Under the pieces are notes generated by a model. It was not told the origin of the DNA, did not search any database, and saw only the letters and a program-made list of their open reading frames with translations. 53,655 bases of DNA from a virus (taxonomy: Duplodnaviria > Caudoviricetes). The translations under genes and the position numbers were made by a program. This document shows positions 24,372-33,328 of the stretch, piece after piece. Each line of letters starts with the position of its first letter. The stretch's first letter is position 1. The stretch is from positions 1 to 53,655 of the IMG/VR virus record IMGVR_UViG_3300037467_002078. One strand, given 5' to 3'.

Positions 24372-26468
24372 TTAATATTTTTTGTCTTTTTTTCCTCCTT
24401 TTTTCGCAACTTCTTCGAGATGCGCAACGATCGTCGCGACCTTCATCTCGCCTACCCATCGCTCAGGCCGGCGGATCGCGTAGAGACGAACCTGTGCCCC
24501 GGTCGGAAGGCGAATCGGCTTGCCCTGCAGCACCTGTGGAACACCGGCACGGCGCAGCTCGCGACCAAGCCCGTTGGCTGTGGTGCCTGTGCCGCCGGAT
24601 GGATCGTAAAGGCTAAGCAGCTCGGCTGACGTAAACAAGTCCTGCGTCAGGGCCATCTCGCCTACCTTAAGGTGGTGATCAGGCGACGTAACCAGCGAGC
24701 GAACCCATGATCCCAGGTCGGAACGAACGTCCGCAATCATCCGCTCCTTCGCGGCCGTCTTGAAAGCGTGCGCAGCCGGGTTGAACCCGTTCAGATCGTA
24801 GTTCAGGAGGTAGTGGAAGATGGCTGATGCCCCGCCCTCCGATAGCCAGTTGGTATAGTCAATATAGAACTGGTCGGGCAACGGGCCTACCGTAACCTCA
24901 TGGATAAAGTGCCGACGGTCGTCGTCTTCTAAGAAGAAGGCATCCGGCTGGTTCGAGGTAAAGAGATAGTTCATGCAGTCAGGCACTACGTAGGATGCCA
25001 CGTACTTGGGGTTTATCCTGAGTTCCTGCTGGGTAATCATCTTCTTCAGCAGGTCAGCGTCCTGGCGCTTGTTCGACCCAGTAACGTCGTCACCCAGCAC
25101 AAACTGCTTGCCCTCAGCCCATTCGTTGAACCCGCTATGGAGGTCGGCTTCCTTGATTTCTGTGAAGTTCTTCCCGTAGATGCGGCCCATGGTATACCCG
25201 ACCAGCGACTTCCCTGTTCCATGCCGGATGCCGTGAAGCGCGGCGGAGGTGAACATCTTGATCCCAGGCCGTTGGAGCGGACAGGCCAGCCAGCGAAGAA
25301 ACCAGACTTTGGCGTCCTCCTCGGCTCCTGTGAAGATGTGGTCAATGAGTTGGAGAAACGGCTTCACCGACCCCTTGACTGGTTGAACACCCCAGCCCGG
25401 CCAGATGTTGAACATCCTCCGTCCTTCCTCGCCATCCACGAACTTCTCCTGTCCCGGCTTGTAGGTCAACTTGCCGACCTGCATTCGCAGCGGCCACTTC
25501 AACCAGCTCAGCGCCGCGGACACAGGCTTAAATGTGATGGAACCGTCGTCCCTGAGAACCCGTTCCTGATAGGTCAACGGTGCCTCAAGGTGCGAGGTAA
25601 ACGAGGTCGGCGAGACTTTGAATCTTGTCTCTTGGTCGATTATCAACCCAGGGTCTTGGACGTAGACATACTTATCGTTGAGGTACCAGAGCGGGGCGGT
25701 CAGTCCTAGTGGTTCCGCCAAATGAAGCATTTCACCAAACATGTCGACTGCGGTCGGCCCGCCATGCACAAGGAAGTCGTCGAGACCCACCTTCTCCAGG
25801 CCAGGCAGCTGCGGCAGGTTGACTAAGTGGATGAACGAACCTCGCTGCTGAAGTTCCTCCGCCAGCTGCTTCAAGGCCACGCAGACGGCAGGGTTGGTGC
25901 GATAGTCTGAGTCGAAGCAGATATACACATTCCGCTTGATCCACTTGACTACGTCCAGGCTGGGAAGCCATGTGACGCCAAGCTTCCTTGCCCTCCAGTT
26001 ATGGACGCCGCCCAGGCCAATGGTGGGAAACCCTTCCTTGCAGGCCTTAGCCGCTTTGAGCTCTCCCTCTGTGATAACTAGCGGAACGGATGGGTTGGAG
26101 ACGTACTCAGCCCAGTTCGGATCGTTCGCAGGGAAGTAGGCGACGGGCGCCGTCCCGGGCTCCTGCACGTAGCGAACTGGTTTCTTAGTTGTCAGGGAAT
26201 CGAAACCCGTCGGGGTCTCGAGATAACGAAGTCGGTAGAACGGCTTGGCGCCCGGCCAGTCAGGCAGGGGCTTACCAAACGGATCGAGATAGTCGATCTT
26301 CAGGCTGCATAGCGCGTTGAAGGTCGAATGCAGGTCGGCGGTCTGATCGCCGTTAAGAAAACTGATTTTAAGCTTTTTTGCATCATCGGTCGTTAAACCA
26401 GAAGTCTTTAATTTCTCTTCGCCGAGTGCGGACGCAACTTGGCGGTTTGCAGTTGTTTTCTTAGCCAC
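24372..26468 (-). CDS. DNA primase-helicase (DUF3854 TOPRIM plus D5-like NTPase)
   Basis: ITEGELKA, IGLGGV, FDSD, GLDD TOPRIM motifs; GIRHGTGKS Walker A, GDD, TSN, DRR. Confidence 0.92.
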   Translation of the reverse strand: MAKKTTANRQVASALGEEKLKTSGLTTDDAKKLKISFLNGDQTADLHSTFNALCSLKIDYLDPFGKPLPDWPGAKPFYRLRYLETPTGFDSLTTKKPVRYVQEPGTAPVAYFPANDPNWAEYVSNPSVPLVITEGELKAAKACKEGFPTIGLGGVHNWRARKLGVTWLPSLDVVKWIKRNVYICFDSDYRTNPAVCVALKQLAEELQQRGSFIHLVNLPQLPGLEKVGLDDFLVHGGPTAVDMFGEMLHLAEPLGLTAPLWYLNDKYVYVQDPGLIIDQETRFKVSPTSFTSHLEAPLTYQERVLRDDGSITFKPVSAALSWLKWPLRMQVGKLTYKPGQEKFVDGEEGRRMFNIWPGWGVQPVKGSVKPFLQLIDHIFTGAEEDAKVWFLRWLACPLQRPGIKMFTSAALHGIRHGTGKSLVGYTMGRIYGKNFTEIKEADLHSGFNEWAEGKQFVLGDDVTGSNKRQDADLLKKMITQQELRINPKYVASYVVPDCMNYLFTSNQPDAFFLEDDDRRHFIHEVTVGPLPDQFYIDYTNWLSEGGASAIFHYLLNYDLNGFNPAAHAFKTAAKERMIADVRSDLGSWVRSLVTSPDHHLKVGEMALTQDLFTSAELLSLYDPSGGTGTTANGLGRELRRAGVPQVLQGKPIRLPTGAQVRLYAIRRPERWVGEMKVATIVAHLEEVAKKGGKKDKKY

Positions 26469-26559
26469 TTTGATTTTTCGGGTCCCTTAAACAGCATCGT
26501 CCTTTGTTCCTTGCCCTCAGCCGGTCAAGTTCTCATCTCTCAGCATAGATAAGGTAGGT

Positions 26560-26657
26560 GTCAGCCGAGCATGGGCACTTGCTGAGGGTGATGGACATGT
26601 GGAACCCGGGGCCGGGAGGTATTAGCCCTGAGGGGAGACACGCCGCGCTCGGCTGAC
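26560..26657 (-). ncRNA. Putative promoter-proximal structured RNA carrying anti-RBS sequence CCUCAGCAAG
   Basis: 11-bp closing stem 26560-26570/26647-26657 starting at the predicted TSS; contains the exact complement of the repeated CTTGCTGAGG RBS motif. Confidence 0.55.
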
Positions 26658-26664
26658 GACAGGG

Positions 26665-26693
26665 AATATAGCTTATGCAGGACTGTTTGTAAA
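26665..26693 (-). promoter_or_regulatory. Sigma70-type promoter (leftward member of divergent pair)
   Basis: TTTACA-N17-TATATT on minus strand. Confidence 0.8.
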
Positions 26694-26720
26694 TAGTTGG
26701 TGCTTATTTAAAAATAGCTA

Positions 26721-26749
26721 TTTACAAAGTGTGGTAACTGTGGTATGAT
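26721..26749 (+). promoter_or_regulatory. Sigma70-type promoter (rightward member of divergent pair)
   Basis: TTTACA-N17-TATGAT with extended -10 TG; followed by hairpin and CTTGCTGAGGAG RBS. Confidence 0.88.
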
Positions 26750-26794
26750 TCTTCTACGGTCAACTTCGACCGGAACCTTGCTGAGGAGAATGAA

Positions 26795-27049
26795 ATGGCG
26801 ACAAAACAAGTAAACATCATGGACCTTAAGGTAGGCGACATTGTACATTTTCATGGCGCGCGGTTCGAGATAACCAGCCGTAGGGAAGTGCAAGAAACCA
26901 GCCCCGAATTTGTCGAAAATGGAATAACCTCATACGTCACCTGCAACGGAAAGTGGCTGAGCGGGAACATCGAGCGCGGCTACTTCGGCCCCACGAAAGA
27001 CTGGAACTTCCAAGGCAACAAAAGAGTTAGTCACGCCGTCGAAATCTAA
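26795..27049 (+). CDS. Hypothetical early protein
   Basis: Strong promoter and RBS; DLKVGDIV start. Confidence 0.8.
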   Translation: MATKQVNIMDLKVGDIVHFHGARFEITSRREVQETSPEFVENGITSYVTCNGKWLSGNIERGYFGPTKDWNFQGNKRVSHAVEI

Positions 27050-27072
27050 ACCACAAGGGGCTTCGGCCCCTT
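27040..27072 (+). repeat. Intergenic linker repeat, copy 1 (stop codon plus UUCG hairpin)
   Basis: CGAAATCTAA(A)CCACAAGGGGCTTCGGCCCCTT, repeated at 27478-27509. Confidence 0.9.
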
Positions 27073-27088
27073 CCTTAGGGAGAATGAA

Positions 27089-27487
27089 ATGCAAAAACCT
27101 GAAATTGGACAAGAAGTCGTGGTCTGCAAATCTGGTAATTTCGAAACTCACTACTACTTTGGGTACGTTGTAACAAAGATTTCACCGAAGGGCAACATCA
27201 CTATTGCTCAGAAAGACAACCCTGAGCACACCCGAATATTTAACGTGCGAGGTGAAGAACGCAGCACGATCTACTCGAAGTACGACCGCCCGTGGATCGA
27301 ACTCGATGTGCAAAGAATCCGCGAGGTTATTGCCCAGCGCCGGCGGACGACAGACGCCATCGCAGCAGTTTCAAAAATAAGGGCCGACGATATCTCGAGA
27401 AGATGGAATAAAGAACATCTGCAAGAGGAAATCGCCAGGCTCGAGCAACTGCTTGACGAAGCCAAGAAGAAGGTCGACGAAATCTAA
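27089..27487 (+). CDS. Hypothetical early protein
   Basis: GGGAG RBS, bounded by the linker repeats. Confidence 0.8.
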   Translation: MQKPEIGQEVVVCKSGNFETHYYFGYVVTKISPKGNITIAQKDNPEHTRIFNVRGEERSTIYSKYDRPWIELDVQRIREVIAQRRRTTDAIAAVSKIRADDISRRWNKEHLQEEIARLEQLLDEAKKKVDEI

Positions 27488-27509
27488 CCACAAGGGGCTT
27501 CGGCCCCTT
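27478..27509 (+). repeat. Intergenic linker repeat, copy 2
   Basis: Identical to 27040-27072 apart from one A. Confidence 0.9.
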
Positions 27510-27531
27510 AACCTTGCTGAGGAGAATAAAA

Positions 27532-27699
27532 ATGACCATTCAAGACTGCCTGGCCCTGCTGGCCGCTGCCACATCGATTGAACAAGAGGAAGAAGCTTTC
27601 GCCTTAGCGCAGGAAGCCCTCTCGATCGAGGATTACTCCACGTTCACGGCCGTCGCCCCGGAAAGCAAATTCCTCGACGACCCTGAATTTAACCGCTAG
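27532..27699 (+). CDS. Small acidic early protein
   Basis: CTTGCTGAGGAG RBS before ATG 27532. Confidence 0.75.
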   Translation: MTIQDCLALLAAATSIEQEEEAFALAQEALSIEDYSTFTAVAPESKFLDDPEFNR

Positions 27700-27707
27700 G
27701 AGTAGTT

Positions 27708-27857
27708 ATGAGTCAATTGATGTTTGAATACTACCTGATGTTAGTGCTGTCGGCGATCTTCTTATCGCAGGCGCTGTCTAAACCCACGAATTTGGTGGTT
27801 GGCACCGTGATATCCGTGATTGCTGTGGGTGCAAAATACGTACTTAGCGGAGGTTAG
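27708..27857 (+). CDS. Small membrane protein (49 aa; not in the ORF track)
   Basis: AGGAG RBS; two hydrophobic segments. Confidence 0.6.
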   Translation: MSQLMFEYYLMLVLSAIFLSQALSKPTNLVVGTVISVIAVGAKYVLSGG

Positions 27858-27876
27858 AGGGCGAAAGCCCTCTTCT
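27856..27876. terminator. Hairpin/terminator between convergent genes
   Basis: AGAGGGC-GAAA-GCCCTCT. Confidence 0.65.
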
Positions 27877-27880
27877 CGTT

Positions 27881-28294
27881 TCAGAGCTTTGTGATGGTTG
27901 CGCTAACCAGCCCGTAGCCTCGTGGGTCTCGAACCGAGACATAAAGCTCCCCTTTTCCCTTGAAAAAAGCCACCTGAAGCTGCTTGTGGTTCTTCTTCGT
28001 CAGGTTCTCCAACTCCAGCTGCGTGAGCTGTTTTTTACCCCCGTGCGCGTCCACCAAGAGATAATTCTGTAGCGCGCGGCGCTCCGCCCAGTGCTTCCCG
28101 CGGCCGTCGTTAGCCCGATGAACGGCTACTTGTGGTCCAAGTGAAAGCGGGTCTGTGGCATCTCCGAAGGCACTTTGCAGCATCGAAATCTTGTCTTTCA
28201 AGCGCTTCCGCTGGGTAAAATTCAGTTCCATTACAAGAGCGTGGAGCGCTTCGGTACATTCAAGGTTCTTTGTGGGTGGTTTCTTTGCAGCCAT
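27881..28294 (-). CDS. Hypothetical basic protein
   Basis: AGGAG RBS; adjacent to the putative origin. Confidence 0.75.
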   Translation of the reverse strand: MAAKKPPTKNLECTEALHALVMELNFTQRKRLKDKISMLQSAFGDATDPLSLGPQVAVHRANDGRGKHWAERRALQNYLLVDAHGGKKQLTQLELENLTKKNHKQLQVAFFKGKGELYVSVRDPRGYGLVSATITKL

Positions 28295-28368
28295 GGTCTT
28301 TGCTCCTGGGTCTTAGATCGTTGGTGGAAAAGTACATCTTTTGTGGTGAAAGTATGTCGCTTTCTCCC

Positions 28369-28611
28369 GCTACAGATTTGCTACAGCTACAGATTTTTCT
28401 TATACTATATATATCTCTCTAAGAATAAGGTAAATACATATAATATAGTACTATATCTTAATATACTTATATACTACTTTTTAACTTTCTTTCTAGAATA
28501 AGAGAAAAATCTGTAGTTGAGTAGTAGAGAGGCCCATTAGAATTTAAAAACAATAACTTATCTTCGCTACAGAATCTGCTACAGATTTGCTACAGATTAT
28601 TATTGTGTAGC
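28369..28611. other. Putative replication origin
   Basis: Very AT-rich core flanked by six GCTACAG direct repeats and a 14-bp inverted repeat (28387-28400/28503-28516). Confidence 0.6.
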
Positions 28612-28682
28612 GGCCATCCCAGGTTGTTTACTTTGGTTCACAGGTATGATATAACGCCCTCCCATAAAACAAGGGAGAATTT

Positions 28683-29171
28683 GTGGATATTTTAGGCCGT
28701 TGGGCAGTAGCTGAAGTTTCATCGGATTTGCAGCACCATGAAAAAGAATGTGATGTGGACATTCTTGGCGCAGTGGGGATGGCGTCGCACAGAAATGGGC
28801 ATGTGGCAATTTACAGAGTGAAGTACCTCAACGACGTCAACTCGATTCCAGAAGCTGTTACACAATTCTCGCAGCTCACAAAAGTGGCCTTGGTTCGACG
28901 GAGATTTAAGCTGAAGGCTCGGAATTTGAGCGAAAGGATTCTTGAGCACTGGATAAATGATGTCTGCCAATCATGCCAGGGAAGAATGTATGTCGCGCTT
29001 CCAGGCGAACGTCTTTCTGATCGCGCGTGTAAATCTTGTGAAGGGATTGGAAAACGACCACCCACTGGGGAGAAGCAGGAAGTCATTATCTTCACTGATG
29101 TAATTGAGCGCGCTGATAAGATTGTGGAGAATCTCCAAGTAAGAATTTTGAGCAAACTTGGTAAAAAATAG
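28683..29171 (+). CDS. Q-like late regulator/antiterminator with zinc finger
   Basis: CQSCQG...CKSCEGIG pair; first gene ahead of the late operon. Confidence 0.6.
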   Translation: MDILGRWAVAEVSSDLQHHEKECDVDILGAVGMASHRNGHVAIYRVKYLNDVNSIPEAVTQFSQLTKVALVRRRFKLKARNLSERILEHWINDVCQSCQGRMYVALPGERLSDRACKSCEGIGKRPPTGEKQEVIIFTDVIERADKIVENLQVRILSKLGKK

Positions 29172-29289
29172 TGTCATTTTCTATAAAAACATGATACTAT
29201 CCACGCAATTGCCGAGGATATTGTGGACTAACCACAAATAACAACAAAAAGAGGCAGACTAACTTAAGGCCTTCTCTTTCTCCAAATTT

Positions 29290-29868
29290 GTGGTTCAACC
29301 GATGCCCACCAAAAAACCCAACCCAAATAAAAACGGCAAGCTTTCCGAAGCCATGAAAGGAAATCGGAACTCTGTCGGAAACAAAGGTGGTGGACGCAAA
29401 ACCACATATGATCCGAACTGTTTGAAGGTTGTGAAGCACATGTGCATGCTTGGTGCCACATACGAAGACCTCGCGAAATATTTTGATGTGAGCGCGCAGA
29501 CAATTGTCACATGGAAAAAGCAATTCCCTGACTTTGCCAAGGTTCTTCGTGATGCCAAAGACGAAGCCGACAACAAGGTCATAGCGTCGCTCTTCGAACG
29601 CGCTACAGGTTACAAACACAAAGCCACAAAGTTCTTTCAGCACAACGGACGGATCGTCAGTGCAGATTTCACCGAGCACTACCCGCCTGATGTTACGGCT
29701 ATCCAGTTCTGGTTGAAGAATCGTCGCCCCACACAATGGCGTGATAAGCCCTTGGAGAACGACAACGAGACACCGCCACCAGCATCGATCGCAGTCACGG
29801 TTGTGGATGCCGGAGTTGCTGAAGACGTTGCGGAATCTGCAGAAGACGAATCGTCCGAACAGTCGTGA
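29290..29868 (+). CDS. terS: Terminase small subunit
   Basis: GNRN..G..GGR, HTH (LAKYFDVSAQTIVTW), PPDVTAIQFWLKNRRP; overlaps terL start. Confidence 0.88.
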   Translation: MVQPMPTKKPNPNKNGKLSEAMKGNRNSVGNKGGGRKTTYDPNCLKVVKHMCMLGATYEDLAKYFDVSAQTIVTWKKQFPDFAKVLRDAKDEADNKVIASLFERATGYKHKATKFFQHNGRIVSADFTEHYPPDVTAIQFWLKNRRPTQWRDKPLENDNETPPPASIAVTVVDAGVAEDVAESAEDESSEQS

Positions 29869-31166
29869 GCCAAGTTAACGGGCCACGTCCTGAGCTCAAC
29901 GTACCGCAGGCAGAGTTCCTCCTCCTTCCCCACAAATACAAAGGTTTCGTAGCCGGTTTCGGCTCGGGCAAGACATGGGTCGGTTGTGCCGCCCAGTGCA
30001 AGCATTCGTGGGAATGGCCAGGCGTGAATGCCGGGTACTTTGCTCCAACGTTTGGCCACATTCGAGACATCTTCTACCCAACCATGGAGGAAGTTGCTTT
30101 CGACTGGGGGCTAAAGACGAAGGTTCACTTCGCCAATAAGGAAGTGGACATCTACTCAGGCAAGACTTACCGGAACACGATCATTTGCCGGTCGCTCGAA
30201 GACCCGGAGAAGATTGTTGGTTTCAAGATTGGTCACGCACAGGTTGACGAGCTTGATCTCCTCAAGAAGGAGAAAGCCGCCATCGCCTGGCGAAAGATCA
30301 TTGCTCGGATGCGTGAGAATCGCCCGGGTCTGCGTAATGGCATCGATGTTACCACGACGCCTGAAGGATTCAAGTTCGTCTACGAGCAGTTTGTCTCGCA
30401 GGTTCGTGAGAAACCTGACCTTAAGGTACTTTACGGTCTGGTGCAAGCGAGCACGCATGACAACGCGAAGAATTTACCGGCGGATTACATTCCGTCGCTT
30501 CGCGCAAGTTACCCGCCACAGCTGATCGATGCTTACTTGAAAGGCCAGTTTACGAATCTGGCTAGCGGCTCAGTCTACGTCAACTTCGACAGAAAACTGA
30601 ACCATACAAGCGCAACGATCGCTGAGCGTGAGCCATTACACATCGGCATGGACTTTAACGTTTTGAACATGACCGCCACGGTCAACGTGATACGAAACGA
30701 TCTACCCATGCAACTCGATGAACTGGTCAAAGTCAGGGATACTCCAGCCATGGGCCGAATGATCAAGGAACGGTATGTCGACAAAGGACATCACGTGACG
30801 ATCTATCCTGACGCCAGCGGACAGAACACAAGCAGCAAGAATGCCAGTGAGTCAGACTTCAGCATTCTTCGCCAGTATCAACTCAAGATCGACGTAGCTT
30901 CCGTCAATCCAACGGTACGGGACAGGGTGAACGCGTTCAACGCCCTCATCCTCAACGACGTCGGAGAGCGGAAGTTCCTGATCAACACGAACAGGTGCCC
31001 AGTCACGACCGAGGCGCTTGAGCAGCAGGCGTGGGACAAAGATGGTGAACCAGACAAGAAGACTGGCCATGACCACCCTGTCGACGCAGAGGGATATTTC
31101 TTGGTGCGCAAGTTCCCGATTGTACGGACAAGCGCCAGACGAGTTCAGGTTGGAGGCGGGTTGTGA
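29865..31166 (+). CDS. terL: Terminase large subunit
   Basis: AGFGSGKT Walker A, QVDE Walker B, TTTP, GMDFN and DHPVDA nuclease motifs. Confidence 0.96.
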   Translation: MSQVNGPRPELNVPQAEFLLLPHKYKGFVAGFGSGKTWVGCAAQCKHSWEWPGVNAGYFAPTFGHIRDIFYPTMEEVAFDWGLKTKVHFANKEVDIYSGKTYRNTIICRSLEDPEKIVGFKIGHAQVDELDLLKKEKAAIAWRKIIARMRENRPGLRNGIDVTTTPEGFKFVYEQFVSQVREKPDLKVLYGLVQASTHDNAKNLPADYIPSLRASYPPQLIDAYLKGQFTNLASGSVYVNFDRKLNHTSATIAEREPLHIGMDFNVLNMTATVNVIRNDLPMQLDELVKVRDTPAMGRMIKERYVDKGHHVTIYPDASGQNTSSKNASESDFSILRQYQLKIDVASVNPTVRDRVNAFNALILNDVGERKFLINTNRCPVTTEALEQQAWDKDGEPDKKTGHDHPVDAEGYFLVRKFPIVRTSARRVQVGGGL

Positions 31167-31435
31167 GCGCCGAGATCATAGAACTTGGTTTGCACAAGCC
31201 TCATATATCGGGGAAAGCGACGTGCGCAGCCTGTAGGCATAAGTGGATTGCGGTCGCCCCGGTTGGAACCGCGTGGTTCGAGTGTCCAGGCTGCGGATCG
31301 CACAAAGGACTGATGATGCATGAGTGTCTGCCTGACCGAAGCAGCTTGTTCACCTGCAATTGCGGATGCGACGTTTTCTGCATCGATCAAAAAGGCACGA
31401 TGTGCATTAATTGTGGTTCTCGTCAGAATTTCTAA
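31163..31435 (+). CDS. Cys-rich zinc-binding protein
   Basis: Several CxxC/CxC motifs; between terL and portal. Confidence 0.7.
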   Translation: MSAEIIELGLHKPHISGKATCAACRHKWIAVAPVGTAWFECPGCGSHKGLMMHECLPDRSSLFTCNCGCDVFCIDQKGTMCINCGSRQNF

Positions 31436-31448
31436 CGAACGGTAGACC

Positions 31449-32855
31449 ATGAGCGTAAAGAACAAACACAAGCTGTACGATGAAATGGCGGCGACTTGGA
31501 AGATGTGCCGCGATGCTTCAGCCGGCGAACGCGCTGTCCATGACGCGAGGGAACTCTACCTCCCAAGGCTTTCAGAAGAGGAAGACCGCGAATATAACCG
31601 TCGCCTGAAAATGACTCCATGGTTCAACGCATCTTGGAGGACAATCGCTGGGTTGAAGGGCATCATGTTCCGCAAGCCGCCAAGGGTTGAGGCCACCGAA
31701 TCTCTTCTTGAGGACTTCAAGAACATCGATTTGGCTGGCTCTGACCTCTATGTCTTCACCCAAGAGGTGGCGGAAGAAGCTTTGACGGTTGGCCGCGTTG
31801 GTTTGATGGTGGATTATCCATCCGTCAACCAAGATCAAATTCGCACGCTCGCCGATACCCAGGCTTTGGGGCTTCGTGCGTTGGTGACGCTTTACAAAGC
31901 TGAGACCATCATCAACTGGCGCACCACGCGAGTCAATGGATCGACGGTGCTGAGCATGGTCGTCCTCAAAGAGGAAGCTGAGCTGCCAGGTGAAGATGAA
32001 TTTGACGTCGTCTGTGAAGACCGGTACCGTGTGCTGGACTTGTTTAATGGCGTCTACCGCCAGCGCGTGTTCAGGATCGATGACAAGGATCAAGACGAGC
32101 TCATCGAGGAAATATTCCCCTTGATGAACAACCAGCCACTCAACTATATCCCGTTTATTTTCATCGGAACTGACGATATCAGCCCGGAGATCGATGAACC
32201 TCCGCTGATTGACTTAATAACCACAAACTTCAAGCACTACGGCCAGGCTACCTCGTACGAGAGAGGGTGCTTCTTCTCAGGATTACCCACCCTGTTCATC
32301 TCAGGGGCCGCGGCTGACGAGGAGAATCCAATCTACGTCGGCGGTACAGTCGCGAATATGCTGCCCAGCCCTGATGCAAAAGCATATTATGTGGAGATTC
32401 AGGGTAACTTCGATGCCTTGAGGACAAACCTCGAAGACAAGAAGAGAGAGATGGCGGTGCTTGGAGCAAGGCTGCTTGAGACGCAGGTTCAAGGCCGCGT
32501 TGAGGCTGAGGCCACACTTACCCGCCGTCAAGTGGGTGAGGAATCGACAATCTCGACGATTGCCATCACCATCAGCCAAGGCATGACGAAGGTGTTGCAG
32601 TGGTTTGCCGCTTGGCAAGGAGTTCAAGAGGTCGTGTCGTTCGAGCTGAACCGTGACTTCCTGCCGTTGAAGATGGATGCACCAATGCTTACCGCACTCA
32701 TGGCTGCTTGGCAAGCCGGTGGCATCAGCAAGGAAACCTTGTTCGACAACCTGAAGCAGGGCCAACTCATTGCGGACGAGAAAACGTTCGAGGAAGAAGA
32801 GGCTCAGATCGATAACCAAGTTATCATGGGCGCTGGCCAGGAAGTAACGCAATGA
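31449..32855 (+). CDS. Portal protein (DUF4055 type)
   Basis: Position, size, YLPR...Y..RL, GRVGLMVDYP, PPLIDL, AAWQAGGIS.ET. Confidence 0.92.
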   Translation: MSVKNKHKLYDEMAATWKMCRDASAGERAVHDARELYLPRLSEEEDREYNRRLKMTPWFNASWRTIAGLKGIMFRKPPRVEATESLLEDFKNIDLAGSDLYVFTQEVAEEALTVGRVGLMVDYPSVNQDQIRTLADTQALGLRALVTLYKAETIINWRTTRVNGSTVLSMVVLKEEAELPGEDEFDVVCEDRYRVLDLFNGVYRQRVFRIDDKDQDELIEEIFPLMNNQPLNYIPFIFIGTDDISPEIDEPPLIDLITTNFKHYGQATSYERGCFFSGLPTLFISGAAADEENPIYVGGTVANMLPSPDAKAYYVEIQGNFDALRTNLEDKKREMAVLGARLLETQVQGRVEAEATLTRRQVGEESTISTIAITISQGMTKVLQWFAAWQGVQEVVSFELNRDFLPLKMDAPMLTALMAAWQAGGISKETLFDNLKQGQLIADEKTFEEEEAQIDNQVIMGAGQEVTQ

Positions 32856-33088
32856 GCCCCATAGAAACAGAATCAACAAATCGGATATACGGTCCACCGA
32901 AAGGCGTGAGTGAAAAGGATATCGCTCAGCTGCCTGTCACGGTTGATGAGGGACTAGGTCTCATCCATTCATTTTGGATGCCATCCGAAGTAGACATCGC
33001 TAACATCCTTGCAGGTGTCCCGATCCGATTGACCATTGTGAACAATCTCCACCCACCTGTCATGCTTACAGTGACAAACAAAGTTTAA
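32852..33088 (+). CDS. Hypothetical protein
   Basis: ATGA overlap; SFWMPS...HPPV. Confidence 0.7.
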   Translation: MSPIETESTNRIYGPPKGVSEKDIAQLPVTVDEGLGLIHSFWMPSEVDIANILAGVPIRLTIVNNLHPPVMLTVTNKV

Positions 33089-33097
33089 GGAGGTAGT

Positions 33098-33328
33098 ATG
33101 ATGCCGCCCAATGATTTCGGCGAGATGATTCTCAACGCGTTTGGTGTCAAGGACAAGAACGTGAGAGCACTTACCCTCACGATCGAAGCAGGCAGGACGC
33201 CGATCCTTACGGTACAGCGATATGTCGGCTGCCCGAAGGACTTCGAGGAAACGTTCGACGCCTTCGTATCTGAGAGGTACAGTTTGGTTCCGTTGACTGA
33301 AAAAGATTTCATCCCAAGGGTTAGTTAA
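33098..33328 (+). CDS. Hypothetical protein
   Basis: AAGGAGG RBS. Confidence 0.7.
   Translation: MMPPNDFGEMILNAFGVKDKNVRALTLTIEAGRTPILTVQRYVGCPKDFEETFDAFVSERYSLVPLTEKDFIPRVS

Noticed and set aside
27040-27509. Linker repeats as a mini CRISPR array
   Set aside because: Only two copies, separated by a 400-bp gene rather than a spacer
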